Shown here piece after piece: positions 17,810-27,681 of a stretch of 64,000 nt of DNA. Under the pieces are notes generated by a model. That model was not told where the DNA came from. It did no database searches and worked only from the letters and a program-made list of their open reading frames with translations. The number at the start of each line of letters is the position of its first letter. Positions within the stretch are counted from its first letter, which is position 1. The position numbers and the translations under genes were made by a program. Origin of the DNA: an uncultured Gammaproteobacteria bacterium (GTDB lineage Bacteria; Patescibacteriota; Patescibacteriia; UBA11705; JABHMO01); NCBI GenBank assembly GCA_964565345.1, contig CAZMEQ010000004.1, positions 2,873 through 66,872 on the forward strand. Reading direction: 5' to 3'.

Positions 17810-17932
17810 GCTAGCGGTTTGCGTCGTCTCCGACAGAGCGGATCATCGCAAAACGCTATGGGGCACCTAATAATTAGAGGGAGCTAGCGGTTTGCGTCGT
17901 TGCTGCGCTTCTCGCAAAACGCCAGGGTTCAC
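17810..17932. repeat. tandem ~50-nt direct repeats (GCTAGCGGTTTGCGTCGT...CGCAAAACGC...CACCT) x2; first copy is inverted repeat partner of 17408-17444
   Basis: Seen directly. The TTAGGTGTGGGG motif at 17799-17810 is shared with the flanks of the first GIY-YIG gene. Confidence 0.6.
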
Positions 17933-17974
17933 CTACCTGCGACATTCTAATTTATCGGGATCTATAATTAAGGG

Positions 17975-19411
17975 ATGAAATTAACCCGGTCGCAAAAGTT
18001 TTTTTACTTGTGCTTATGTTTTCTGATTGGGATAGTTCTCGGCGAACTTCCTGTTTCTCTTTCTTTTATTTTTTTATTATGTTTTTTTGTTTTTTTGTTC
18101 CTATTTTTAATTAAATTATCAAAAATTTATTATCTATTATTGATTTCCCTGGTCGTAGGAATATTTTGGCGCAACTCGTTCAACCCCAGTATAGATGATG
18201 ACCATATCAGTTATTATAATAATAAGTTCATGACCTTTTTGGGTGTTGTTATTAATGAACCTGATGTTAGAATAGATAGTCAAAAACTGACTATAGATGT
18301 TACTGACTATAAGGGAAAAGTTCTTTTAAAGACTTTGCAATATCCGGAATATAGCTATGGGGACCAGCTTTCAATAAAATGTAAGTTGCATCCACCGGAA
18401 CCAATCGAAGATTTCCGCTATGACAAATTTTTAGCCCGCGAGGGTATTTATTCAGTTTGTTATAATCCTCAAATAAAAAAGGTTAGTGGGAATAATGGCA
18501 ATTTTATTTATGCTTGGATTTTAAAATTTAAAAAAGGGGTTGAACAAATCATCAATAAAACCATTTCAGAACCACAAGCCGCCTTGCTCGGTGGTATTTT
18601 GTTAGGTTCGCGTAGGGGCCTTCCCACGGAGTTAATGGATCAGTTCAATCGCGTAGGCATTACGCATATTATCGCCATCTCTGGCTATAATATTACCATT
18701 ATCGTTTCGGTGCTAATGACATTGGCCAAGTTCTTGTATATAAATCGAAAAAAAGTTTTGTGGTTCATATTCCCGAGTTTAATTATTTTTGTTATTTTAA
18801 CAGGGCTGAGTGCTTCGGTAGTGCGCGCCACTATTATGGGGTTGCTGGTTGTCGTCGCTGGCCAGGTGGGGAGAAAATCAAATCCGAAAAATATTTTGAT
18901 AGCCGCAGCTGTTGTGATGTCTGTGTGCAATCCGTTTGTGATCTTGTGGGATTCTGGTTTCCAACTGTCATTCTTGGCTACATGTGGGTTGATGTTTTTG
19001 TCTGAGAAATTAAAAAAGTATTTCGCCCGAGTACCGGAAATTTTTGGGTTGCAAGAGAATTTGGTTAGTACCTTTTCCGCCATTATTATGACTTTACCTT
19101 TAATACTTTTTAATTTTAAAAGACTTTCACTTATTGCGCCGATTGCAAATCTACTAGTTTTGCCGACCATTCCGCTGGCTATGTTATTAGGTTTTGTTCA
19201 AATCATAGTCGGTTCTTTTTCTGTTGCCTTGGGACAAGTAGTTGGTTGGTCTAGTTGGTTAATTTTGAGTTATGTGGTTAAGGTGACAGAAATTTTAGCT
19301 TTACTATGGTGGTCGGCCGTTGATTTGTCTGTGGGTTGGGGAGGTCTAATTCTGGGATTTTTAACTCTAGTAGTCATTATTAAAAAGAAGAGACGTATAG
19401 TCTATTCGTAA
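17975..19411 (+). CDS. comEC: ComEC/Rec2 competence membrane channel (DUF4131 + competence domain, no MBL domain)
   Basis: Polytopic membrane protein. The competence-domain core ITHIIAISGYNI...SASVVRATIMG is present. Confidence 0.75.
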   Translation: MKLTRSQKFFYLCLCFLIGIVLGELPVSLSFIFLLCFFVFLFLFLIKLSKIYYLLLISLVVGIFWRNSFNPSIDDDHISYYNNKFMTFLGVVINEPDVRIDSQKLTIDVTDYKGKVLLKTLQYPEYSYGDQLSIKCKLHPPEPIEDFRYDKFLAREGIYSVCYNPQIKKVSGNNGNFIYAWILKFKKGVEQIINKTISEPQAALLGGILLGSRRGLPTELMDQFNRVGITHIIAISGYNITIIVSVLMTLAKFLYINRKKVLWFIFPSLIIFVILTGLSASVVRATIMGLLVVVAGQVGRKSNPKNILIAAAVVMSVCNPFVILWDSGFQLSFLATCGLMFLSEKLKKYFARVPEIFGLQENLVSTFSAIIMTLPLILFNFKRLSLIAPIANLLVLPTIPLAMLLGFVQIIVGSFSVALGQVVGWSSWLILSYVVKVTEILALLWWSAVDLSVGWGGLILGFLTLVVIIKKKRRIVYS

Positions 19412-19435
19412 AGCTTATGATAAACTAGGAGTGAT

Positions 19436-19924
19436 ATGAAAACATTGGTAGTTTATTATTCAAGAACAGGGGTGACCAAGAAGGTGGCCGAGATTTTGAG
19501 TGTAAAACTCAAAGCTGATTTAGAAGAGATAGTTGATACACAAGATCGTTCTGGTGCCCTGGGTTATCTTAAAGCAGGACGTGATGCGACCTTTAAAAAA
19601 CTTACGAAATTGGTACCCATAAAGCGAAGATTATCGGATTATGATTTGGTTGTTGTGGGAACACCGGTGTGGGCCTGGACTATGTCGACGCCGATCAAGA
19701 CTTTTTTAACTGAAAACAAGGGAAAGTTTAATCAGGTTGCCTTTTTTTGTACCATGGGTGGGTCTGGTGACGACAAAACATTTTTGCATATGGCAGATGT
19801 TTGTGGTAAAAAAGAAAAAGCTAGGTTAGCCATGTTAACGAAAGAAGTAGTCAACGAAGACGTAGAAGAAAAAATTAATAACTTTTTAGAAGAAATATAT
19901 GGCCATGGAAAGATTTCTGCATAA
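19436..19924 (+). CDS. flavodoxin-like fold protein
   Basis: N-terminal MKTLVVYYSRTGVTKKVAEIL. Confidence 0.5.
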   Translation: MKTLVVYYSRTGVTKKVAEILSVKLKADLEEIVDTQDRSGALGYLKAGRDATFKKLTKLVPIKRRLSDYDLVVVGTPVWAWTMSTPIKTFLTENKGKFNQVAFFCTMGGSGDDKTFLHMADVCGKKEKARLAMLTKEVVNEDVEEKINNFLEEIYGHGKISA

Positions 19925-20858
19925 AATGTTCGAAAGTAGTACTGGACACGATTTACGAGAAGCCCAAACAGCGGAGGATGTCATGATTCTTTTGAGCGGG
20001 TTGGGTTATGAGAATGTCCCTGAAGAAGTTGCTCGCCGTTTGAGCTTTTTATCTTTACCCACTGAAATGCGTAATTCTCATTTTCAAGATGCCCTAGATA
20101 TTTCGGAAATTATAGACGATTTAGTCCCAGAGGATTTATCAGATCAAGAAACAAATGAATTAAGGGCTGCTAGCTTGCTCCATGATGTGGGTAAGGCCGG
20201 CCCACCCGAAGCTAATGAAAACGAACAGTTGGCTATTGTGACTCTATTCAATTTGAATTTTCCTTATGGGCAAATGATTGATGGAGTAAGGATAAATGAT
20301 GTTAGTATTCAGCGTGCATTAGGATTAAAAGTTGAAGAAGGTGAAATTACGCAAGAACGCGCAGCTGAGTTATTGTCTTTAGTTATTGCTGCCTCCGAAA
20401 GGCAAATCAATAAAAGGGTAGAAACAACTATTACCCCGGAAACGCCGATTGGCAAATTTTGGTCCGCCCATGTTTATTGGACGTATGATGTTCTGAAAAC
20501 TACAAATTTGCCGGACTCTTTAATTGATACTGCAGCGAGTCACCATCTCTTGGAGGGGCATGATCCCGCTGGAATTGGTTTGGATCGAGTTAGTAGTGGT
20601 ATGGCCTCTTTAGAGTTGGCTGACAAATACCAAGCCTATCGTATTCGTTTGATGTTAGCTGACAAATACCAAGCCTTTATGCAACGTAGTGGGCGGACTC
20701 ATGAGGATACAATAAAAATTATGCGGGCTCGTATTGAAGATTTCTTTAAAGATTGTCCGGCTGAGCGGGTTAGATTGCGTGATTTATATTTTCATATTTT
20801 AGATCAAATCGATCAAAAGAAAGAGGTTTTTGCGCGAGAGTTAGAATTAGCAAAATAA
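19899..20858 (+). CDS. HD-domain-like hypothetical protein with internal LADKYQA tandem duplication
   Basis: Contains LLHDVGKAG. A 13-residue repeat LADKYQAYRIRLM/LADKYQAFMQRSG occurs twice. Confidence 0.35.
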   Translation: MAMERFLHKMFESSTGHDLREAQTAEDVMILLSGLGYENVPEEVARRLSFLSLPTEMRNSHFQDALDISEIIDDLVPEDLSDQETNELRAASLLHDVGKAGPPEANENEQLAIVTLFNLNFPYGQMIDGVRINDVSIQRALGLKVEEGEITQERAAELLSLVIAASERQINKRVETTITPETPIGKFWSAHVYWTYDVLKTTNLPDSLIDTAASHHLLEGHDPAGIGLDRVSSGMASLELADKYQAYRIRLMLADKYQAFMQRSGRTHEDTIKIMRARIEDFFKDCPAERVRLRDLYFHILDQIDQKKEVFARELELAK

Positions 20859-20962
20859 AAAATAATTAACCAATGTCGTCCGGAAGGTTTTTCAGGATCT
20901 CTAATTCATCGGTTACGGTGGTTATGAGATGCTGAACTAAATTCAGCATGACAATGTGAGAT

Positions 20963-21466
20963 ATGCATTTATACAAAGAACAACGAGTCGGCGTTTTGGT
21001 CGACATCCAAAATTTATACTATAGCAGCAAGGTTATGTTTAAGAAAAAAGTTAACTTTGGGGCTATTTTAAAAGAAGTGGTAGGGGATAGAAAGTTAATT
21101 CGGGCCATCGCTTACGGAGTAGCCACAGAAGAGGGCTTAGAAGAAAAGTTTTTCACCGCTTTAGAAGGTGTGGGTTATGAAGTTAAGACAAAAGATTTAC
21201 AAATTTTTCCAGGGGGCCATAAAAAAGGTGATTGGGACGTGGGGATTGCGATCGATGCCATCAAGCTTTCCAAGAATTTGGATGTTATAGTCTTGGTTTC
21301 TGGCGATGGTGATTATTTACCTTTGGTCGAATATTTACAAAACACCACGGGCTGCCGTGTAGAAATCGCTGCTTTCCGCGAATCAACCAGTTCTCTTTTA
21401 TTAAATTATGTAGATTCTTTTATTGATTTAAGTGCTAACAAAAAGAAATTTTTATTGCCAGCTTAG
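20963..21466 (+). CDS. NYN/LabA-like PIN-fold ribonuclease domain protein
   Basis: VGVLVDIQNLYYS...VIVLVSGDGDYLPLVEYL motifs. Confidence 0.7.
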   Translation: MHLYKEQRVGVLVDIQNLYYSSKVMFKKKVNFGAILKEVVGDRKLIRAIAYGVATEEGLEEKFFTALEGVGYEVKTKDLQIFPGGHKKGDWDVGIAIDAIKLSKNLDVIVLVSGDGDYLPLVEYLQNTTGCRVEIAAFRESTSSLLLNYVDSFIDLSANKKKFLLPA

Positions 21467-21479
21467 AATAAAAAATATA

Positions 21480-21587
21480 CGGCCGTACACGCGTACGGTA
21501 GGGACAGGTCGTCCACCTTCCGAAGTCTCGTACGGAGGACAGGCGACCTGTCCCTACAACGCGGATGCGTTGTCCGTATATTTTTTT
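21480..21587 (+). terminator. three consecutive GC hairpins + T-run (complex terminator for NYN gene)
   Basis: Hairpins CCGTACacgcGTACGG, GTAGGGACAGGTCG...CGACCTGTCCCTAC (14 bp) and CAACGCggatGCGTTG are followed by TATATTTTTTTA. Confidence 0.5.
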
Positions 21588-21588
21588 A

Positions 21589-21617
21589 TTGACAATTTTT
21601 TTATCTCGATATATATT
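21589..21617 (+). promoter_or_regulatory. sigma70-like promoter TTGACA-16-TATATT
   Basis: Consensus -35 box with a near-consensus -10 box, upstream of the 21654 ORF. Confidence 0.45.
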
Positions 21618-21653
21618 GTGGTGTCCTTGATTTTTCTATCCACGGAGGGAGTG

Positions 21654-21989
21654 ATGGATAAACTGACTTTGACAACAGAAACAATCGAGTGCCTAATGTA
21701 CAAAGAGGAGATGCCCTTTTGGGGCAAACGAGGGCTGAGCTGGGTTGTTATTTCAGCGCTCGATCCAATTCTCTGGCATGTCCAGGTTCGGTTTCCGGTT
21801 GGCACGGAAATGGTTTCGGGCCAAACAAAGAGTGGCTATGGGCTATCTCTGTTTGCGCTACCGGAAGGTCACTTTTGCAGATTGCGTCATCCGACAGCAA
21901 CAAGGCCAGTTCGTACTCTTGAGTACGTGATTCCGTACCAATTCAAAGACACATTCGCTTCGCCATTGCCACCACCGTTTGGCAAGTAG
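21654..21989 (+). CDS. hypothetical protein, GC-rich (111 aa)
   Basis: A GGAGGG ribosome-binding site lies 4 nt upstream of the ATG at 21654 (gGGAGGGagtgATG). The track ORF 21432..21989 is in the same frame but starts earlier. A GC hairpin plus T-run terminator sits at 21994-22031. Confidence 0.4.
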   Translation: MDKLTLTTETIECLMYKEEMPFWGKRGLSWVVISALDPILWHVQVRFPVGTEMVSGQTKSGYGLSLFALPEGHFCRLRHPTATRPVRTLEYVIPYQFKDTFASPLPPPFGK

Positions 21990-22027
21990 GCTAAGCCCCT
22001 TAACCGACATTGGTTCTGGGGGCTTTT

Positions 22028-23263
22028 TTATTTACTGGTACTATTTCCGGCCACAAACCCCGTGCTCCAACACACTTGAAGATTGTATCCGCCGGTAGGT
22101 CCAGCGAGATCTAATATTTCCCCAGCAAAATATAAGTTTTTAATTATTTTAGATTGCATTGTTTTTGGGTCAACTTCTTTCAAATTAACCCCGCCAACAG
22201 TGATCATGGCTTTATCAAAGCCTTCTAGGTTTTTAATTGAATATTTTATTTTTTTTAATTCTTCAACGAAATCTCTTCGTTCTTTTGCTGTTACTACATT
22301 ACATTTTTTTTGGAAGTCAAACCAGTACTTATGAGCCAGATATTCGAAAAATCTCTTTGGTAGAAAACTGTTAAGAACTGTTTGCAGTGTTTTATTTTGA
22401 TTGGTTGAAATAAGATTGATTAAGTTCTGATCAAATTGTTCTTTACTAAGGAGAGGGAAGATGTCGATTTCTAAAATTAAATTATCTTCAATCTTACTTG
22501 CAATCTTTTGGCTAAGTAAAATAGCGCCTGGGCCGCTAATACCATTATTGGTAAAGATAATATCACCGGCAGATTGCGCGATTACTTTTTTCAGAGTGGT
22601 AGCTTTCAGTGAAACATCCTTCAAAGAAACGCCTTCCATCATTGTTATTTTTTGATCATCTAGAATAATCGGAGTCAGCGCCGGAAACAGCTGGGTAACT
22701 GAGTGACCAGCTTGTTCTGCCAAAGCATAGCCGGAGCCGTCAGAGCCAGTTTGAGGATATGATTTACCGCCGGTACACAGGACAAAATTTGTAGCTTCGA
22801 TTTTGGTTTTGTCACTTAATAGTAGATAGTTTATCGTCTTATTCTTTAAGCTCAACTTTTTTACTGTTACATTGTAACGGACTTCTACACCATTCTGAGT
22901 AAGTTCTTTCTTGAGAGCATTAAGAACATCAGCGCCCTTATTGCTTTGCGGAAAAACTTTATTATTTTCTTCAATTTTTAAAGGGATACCAAGCGATTCG
23001 AAAAAAGACCAGGTTTTATCTAGCCCGAATTGATTTAACGAAGAAAATAAAAACTTGCCATTAGGTCCAAATGATTCAATAAAAAGGCGATCATCAGGGG
23101 CTCTATTCATTAAGTTACAACGTCCATTGCCAGCCAGCATTAATTTAATACCCAGCCGGTCATTTTTTTCTAAAATAATAACCTTGGCACCTTTATGCGC
23201 TGCGTTTATGGCGGCCATTATTCCGGCCGGACCCCCACCCATGATAGCTACATCGTATTTCAT
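22028..23263 (-). CDS. NAD(P)/FAD-dependent oxidoreductase (HI0933/BaiN-like)
   Basis: MKYDVAIMGGGPAGIMAA dinucleotide-binding motif. 411 aa. Confidence 0.7.
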   Translation of the reverse strand: MKYDVAIMGGGPAGIMAAINAAHKGAKVIILEKNDRLGIKLMLAGNGRCNLMNRAPDDRLFIESFGPNGKFLFSSLNQFGLDKTWSFFESLGIPLKIEENNKVFPQSNKGADVLNALKKELTQNGVEVRYNVTVKKLSLKNKTINYLLLSDKTKIEATNFVLCTGGKSYPQTGSDGSGYALAEQAGHSVTQLFPALTPIILDDQKITMMEGVSLKDVSLKATTLKKVIAQSAGDIIFTNNGISGPGAILLSQKIASKIEDNLILEIDIFPLLSKEQFDQNLINLISTNQNKTLQTVLNSFLPKRFFEYLAHKYWFDFQKKCNVVTAKERRDFVEELKKIKYSIKNLEGFDKAMITVGGVNLKEVDPKTMQSKIIKNLYFAGEILDLAGPTGGYNLQVCWSTGFVAGNSTSK

Positions 23264-23349
23264 ATTATTCCTAACATAACATTAAAAAGGGTCAGTTCGC
23301 AAGCACCTTTGTTTAGCTGATTAGAGCGGATACGATATAATAAAAGAAC

Positions 23350-24249
23350 ATGAAAAATAAATATCAAAAATATTTTGGCTTAGCTTTCCTTATCTGTATC
23401 TCGCTTTTTAGTATTGTCTACTCAAGTGGCGTTGATTTTAAGGTGTCTGTTTTATCAACTAATGATAGTAATGCCAGCGAACTTAGCGTCAGCTTTTTGA
23501 ATGTCGGTCAGGGTGATGCTATTTATATCCGCACACCGGATGATGTTGATGTCCTGATTGATGGCGGGCCGGATAAATCCATATTAAATGAGTTGGGTTC
23601 GGTAATGCCGTTTTGGGACAAAGAAATTGATTTAATGATTTTAACCCATCCACATTCAGATCATGTAGCTGGACTAGTCGAAGTCCTGCGTCGTTATCAA
23701 GTCAAAAAGATTCTTTATACGGGAGTGCTTCACACAGCCCCGGATTATCTCGCTTGGTTAGAAGAAATAAAAGAGCAAGGAATTCCTCTCGAAATAGTCG
23801 ATAAAAAGAGTCGAGTTTTGCTCGGTTCATTCGTCCAGTTGGATTTACTGTATCCTAATAAAAGTTACTTAAATCAAAAAGTGAAAAATTTAAATAATAC
23901 TTCAATTGTGGCCCGTTTGATTTACGGTGAAATAAGTTTTTTGTTTACAGGCGATGCGGAAGTGGAAGTTGAGGAAGAATTATTGGCTGATGGTTCAATC
24001 GTTTTAGATTCGGACGTCTTAAAAGTCGGTCACCATGGGAGCCGGTCATCTAGTTCATGGCTATTTTTACAAGCGGTTAGTCCTGAATTAGCTATAATTC
24101 AAGTGGGCAAAGATAATTCTTTTGAGCATCCGCACGGGGAGACATTGTTTAATTTACAGAAGTTGAAGGTTACGCTCCTTCGGACAGATTTAAATAGTAC
24201 GAGTACGTTAATTTCCAACGGGACGGGAATACAACTCTTGAACAATTAA
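23350..24249 (+). CDS. ComEC-type metallo-beta-lactamase domain protein (secreted/anchored), stand-alone
   Basis: Signal or transmembrane N-terminus. Contains LNVGQGDAIYI...ILTHPHSDH (HxHxDH). Resembles the C-terminal nuclease domain of full-length ComEC. Confidence 0.65.
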   Translation: MKNKYQKYFGLAFLICISLFSIVYSSGVDFKVSVLSTNDSNASELSVSFLNVGQGDAIYIRTPDDVDVLIDGGPDKSILNELGSVMPFWDKEIDLMILTHPHSDHVAGLVEVLRRYQVKKILYTGVLHTAPDYLAWLEEIKEQGIPLEIVDKKSRVLLGSFVQLDLLYPNKSYLNQKVKNLNNTSIVARLIYGEISFLFTGDAEVEVEEELLADGSIVLDSDVLKVGHHGSRSSSSWLFLQAVSPELAIIQVGKDNSFEHPHGETLFNLQKLKVTLLRTDLNSTSTLISNGTGIQLLNN

Positions 24250-24269
24250 ATGTGTTATAATTAATACAT

Positions 24270-26306
24270 ATGTGGCCATTTGCTTTCATTATTTTTTTTA
24301 GCGCCTTCTTGCTTTTTCAAGTCCAACCTTTAATAAGTAAGTTTATTTTACCTTGGTTTGGCGGGTCGGCTTCGGTGTGGTTGGTAGCCATGTTGTTTTT
24401 TCAATTGCTGTTATTGTTAGGGTACTTGTATTCTTTTATCTTGAATCATTTTAAAGTAAAAACGCAAAAATACGTTCATCTTTTTTTGATTTTTGTAACC
24501 TTGCTAACTTTGCCCATTATTCCAGAGGCCGAGTGGAAACCAATAGATTCGTCTTGGCCGGCTATAAAAATTATTGTTATTTTGTTTTTAACAGTGGGGC
24601 TTCCATATTTTGTCCTTTCTACCACCGGGCCGTTACTGCAAGCTTGGTATGTTCGTAAAAACCCGGCTAAAAATCCATATATACTTTACGCACTATCTAA
24701 TGCCGGTTCACTGATTGGGTTAATTTCTTTTCCTTTTTTATTTGAGCCGTTCTTAGATAGTTTTACTCAGGCGTGGTTTTGGTCGGGCGGTTTTCTTTTA
24801 TTTGGACTAGCAGTTTTTGTCTTGGTTTTTAAAAAGCTTAAAGCCTTACCAGAAAAATTATTTATTGAGACTGCTAAGGAAAATATTAAACCTTTAAGAT
24901 TAGCGCTTTGGATTATTTTTCCAGCCTTAGCCTCAGCTATTTTTCTGGCAGTTACAAATCATATTTGTCTTGATGTAGCAACAATACCGTTTTTGTGGAT
25001 TTTGCCGTTTTCTCTGTATCTGCTCACTTTTATTATTACTTTCGCTGATCCATATTTTTACAAACGCGGGTTTTATATTGCCGCTTCATTGTTTTGTTTG
25101 GCCGTGGTTCCGTTTTTAGTTTTTTATCGAGAGATAGTTTCTTTTGATATTAGCTTACAAGTCGTAAGTTATCTGCTAGTTTTGTTTGTGACCTGTATGA
25201 CCTGTCATGGGGAGCTATACAGATTAAAACCTAAAGCAGAGTCGCTTACATATTATTATTTAATGATTGCTATCGGTGGCGCTTTGGGCGGTTTGTTTGT
25301 CTCTGTCATTGCGCCACTTATTTTTACTGCTTATTGGGAGTTGCCTTTTTGCATCTTAGCATTATTGGTGGTGATTTGTTTAAAGCATTTTGGTAGTAAT
25401 GGTTTTAAAACAGAAGTTAGTTACAAAAATCGTAAAGTTATTATTATTTGTTTTATTCTTTTGTGTGTGTTTTTTATCGGATACATAATTTATGCGCAAA
25501 AAAGTGGAGCCAAGCGAACCATCGCTGCTCAAAGAAATTTTTATGGTACATTAAGAGTAGAAGATATTGATTCAAGAGAGGTTGGTAAACAAGAAAGATA
25601 TTTGTTGTACGGCTCAACTGTCCATGGTAATAGTTTGCGTGAACAAGGTAAGGATATCCCTTATTTGGGTTATTATGCGGAGGGGAGTGGAGTGGGGGTG
25701 CTTATGGAAGAAATAATTAATACTCCCAATCGTGAGGTTGCGTTAATCGGTTTGGGGACTGGGACTTTGGCGTATTATGGTAATGAAGGCGATAATTTTA
25801 CTTTTTATGAAATTAACCCAGCGGTTTTACCTTATGCCGAGCAATATTTTTCGTACTTAAAAGAGAGTCGGGCTAAAATCAATCATGTTTTAGGTGATGC
25901 CAGACTTTCTTTAGAAAAAGAACCTAACAACAAATTTGATAGTTTAGTTTTAGATGCTTTTAGCAGTGATTCAATCCCAGTTCACTTGTTGACCAAGGAA
26001 GCTTTTGAAATGTATTTAAAGAAGATGAAAGAAAAATCAGTCATGGCGGTTCATATCTCGAATAGACATTTAGACTTAACTCCAGTTTTACGGGCATTAG
26101 CAGATTATTTTGATTTAGATATGGCGATTATCTCTGCCCCCAAAGATGAAGCGAAAAAAAGACATAATTCCACGTGGATTCTTTTGGCAAAAGATAAAAG
26201 CATTTTACACAGCAGGGAATTAGATGCACTGTATACGAAAGAAGCGGTTAAGAGTATCAATATTTGGACTGATCATTATAGTAATTTATTCAAAATTTTA
26301 AAATAA
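24270..26306 (+). CDS. polytopic membrane protein fused to spermidine-synthase-like methyltransferase-fold domain
   Basis: About 12 transmembrane segments. The C-terminal LIGLGTGTLA...VLDAFSSD region has a PABS-like fold. Confidence 0.5.
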   Translation: MWPFAFIIFFSAFLLFQVQPLISKFILPWFGGSASVWLVAMLFFQLLLLLGYLYSFILNHFKVKTQKYVHLFLIFVTLLTLPIIPEAEWKPIDSSWPAIKIIVILFLTVGLPYFVLSTTGPLLQAWYVRKNPAKNPYILYALSNAGSLIGLISFPFLFEPFLDSFTQAWFWSGGFLLFGLAVFVLVFKKLKALPEKLFIETAKENIKPLRLALWIIFPALASAIFLAVTNHICLDVATIPFLWILPFSLYLLTFIITFADPYFYKRGFYIAASLFCLAVVPFLVFYREIVSFDISLQVVSYLLVLFVTCMTCHGELYRLKPKAESLTYYYLMIAIGGALGGLFVSVIAPLIFTAYWELPFCILALLVVICLKHFGSNGFKTEVSYKNRKVIIICFILLCVFFIGYIIYAQKSGAKRTIAAQRNFYGTLRVEDIDSREVGKQERYLLYGSTVHGNSLREQGKDIPYLGYYAEGSGVGVLMEEIINTPNREVALIGLGTGTLAYYGNEGDNFTFYEINPAVLPYAEQYFSYLKESRAKINHVLGDARLSLEKEPNNKFDSLVLDAFSSDSIPVHLLTKEAFEMYLKKMKEKSVMAVHISNRHLDLTPVLRALADYFDLDMAIISAPKDEAKKRHNSTWILLAKDKSILHSRELDALYTKEAVKSINIWTDHYSNLFKILK

Positions 26307-26453
26307 AATCGATAAATAAGAACGTCCCCCTGAGCCTTGAGCTTAGGGGGATTTTTGACAATTCCTAGGGTAATGATACGGTTAAAGTACGGGTGTTAAC
26401 TTGGCAATACGTGTCTTAGCCTCCCGTCCGTAAGTCGGAGTAAGGAGGCCCTC

Positions 26454-27503
26454 ATGAAGAGTCCTGTCCAGAGTCTTACTGTCAACACCTACGGCACGCG
26501 CGGCAGTCAGCCGATCTGTAATCCGGAATCGGTTGTCACCGGCGGCAACACCACCTGTCTGCGTATCGAGTCGCTCTGCCTGCCTAGTGGTATGGCTCTC
26601 GTCATCGACGCAGGGACCGGCTTTCCTCCACTCGCACGGGTTTTGGCAGCGGAAGGAATCACTGGCAGCTCCAAACATGGCGATGGTCACGAACACGACC
26701 AAGTCGTGATCTGCTTCACGCACTACCACCGTGATCACACCATCGGTCTGACCACGGCCATTCCGGTAATTTTCAACAAGAAGTTGCCGGTGCGGTTCAT
26801 TGGTCCGTTGGATCAGGGCGGTGGGCCGAAGGAGATGATGCAGAGACTGTTCTGCCCACCGGACTTCCCAGCTGGGTACAAGAAGGTCGCTTCTCACCTG
26901 GAATACACGCCGCTGGACGACCCATCGACCTACGTGATCATGTTTCACCCCAAGGGGGGGCTCAAGGTACTGGGGCTCGATGAGTTCGAGCGGCTGGTCC
27001 GCAAGGGCGGAGAACGCATGCCCTTCGGAGCCAAGTCCTACTACCCGCTGGGAGAATGCTTGGTCGTGCGCATGCTCAAGACCGAGCATCCCCAGACCAC
27101 GGTGTCATATCGATTCGACGAGATGCCGACCGGGAAGAGTTTCGTGTTCATGACCGACAACGAGTCCATGGACGGTATCCCACAAGCGTACTTGGCACAC
27201 GTCAGGGACGCGGACCTCCTCATCCTGGATGTTCAGTACGACGAGGCAACTTATTACGGCTTCACGGCGGGCTTCGGTCACGCCTGGGCCGGGTTCGCGG
27301 TTCGCCTAGCCAATGCTACCCATGTCAAGCGTCTTGGTACCACCCACCACGATCCGGATTCCACGGATCAGAAGGTTGATGCGATTGTCGATGAAATCCG
27401 TCATCTGGCAGCTGCAAGGCTGGCCGAAGCGGGCGATTCGACCCTGCTACTGCAACCCAAGAACGTCTTCGCTTGCCGTGATTACGGTAGGACCGAAGTC
27501 TAG
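26454..27503 (+). CDS. MBL-fold metallo-hydrolase, GC-rich
   Basis: FTHYHRDHTIGL (HxHxDH) motif. An AGGAGG ribosome-binding site is present. A terminator sits at 27576-27610. The antisense ORF 26382..27089 is rejected. Confidence 0.6.
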   Translation: MKSPVQSLTVNTYGTRGSQPICNPESVVTGGNTTCLRIESLCLPSGMALVIDAGTGFPPLARVLAAEGITGSSKHGDGHEHDQVVICFTHYHRDHTIGLTTAIPVIFNKKLPVRFIGPLDQGGGPKEMMQRLFCPPDFPAGYKKVASHLEYTPLDDPSTYVIMFHPKGGLKVLGLDEFERLVRKGGERMPFGAKSYYPLGECLVVRMLKTEHPQTTVSYRFDEMPTGKSFVFMTDNESMDGIPQAYLAHVRDADLLILDVQYDEATYYGFTAGFGHAWAGFAVRLANATHVKRLGTTHHDPDSTDQKVDAIVDEIRHLAAARLAEAGDSTLLLQPKNVFACRDYGRTEV

Positions 27504-27627
27504 TTCTCGTGCTACTAAACCCATTACGCGCAGGGCGGATTAAGGCGGACACCACCCGCCAGTGTTAACACCCCAGGGGTAGCTCCACGGAGCTACCCCT
27601 AAATTTTTTATAATTATCGTTGTTCCA

Positions 27628-27660
27628 TTTACAAAATCGCATATTTTGCTATACTTAAGC
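27628..27660 (+). promoter_or_regulatory. promoter TTTACA-16-TATACT upstream of ndk
   Basis: Seen directly. Confidence 0.4.
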
Positions 27661-27681
27661 CAAAATAATTAAGATTAATTT

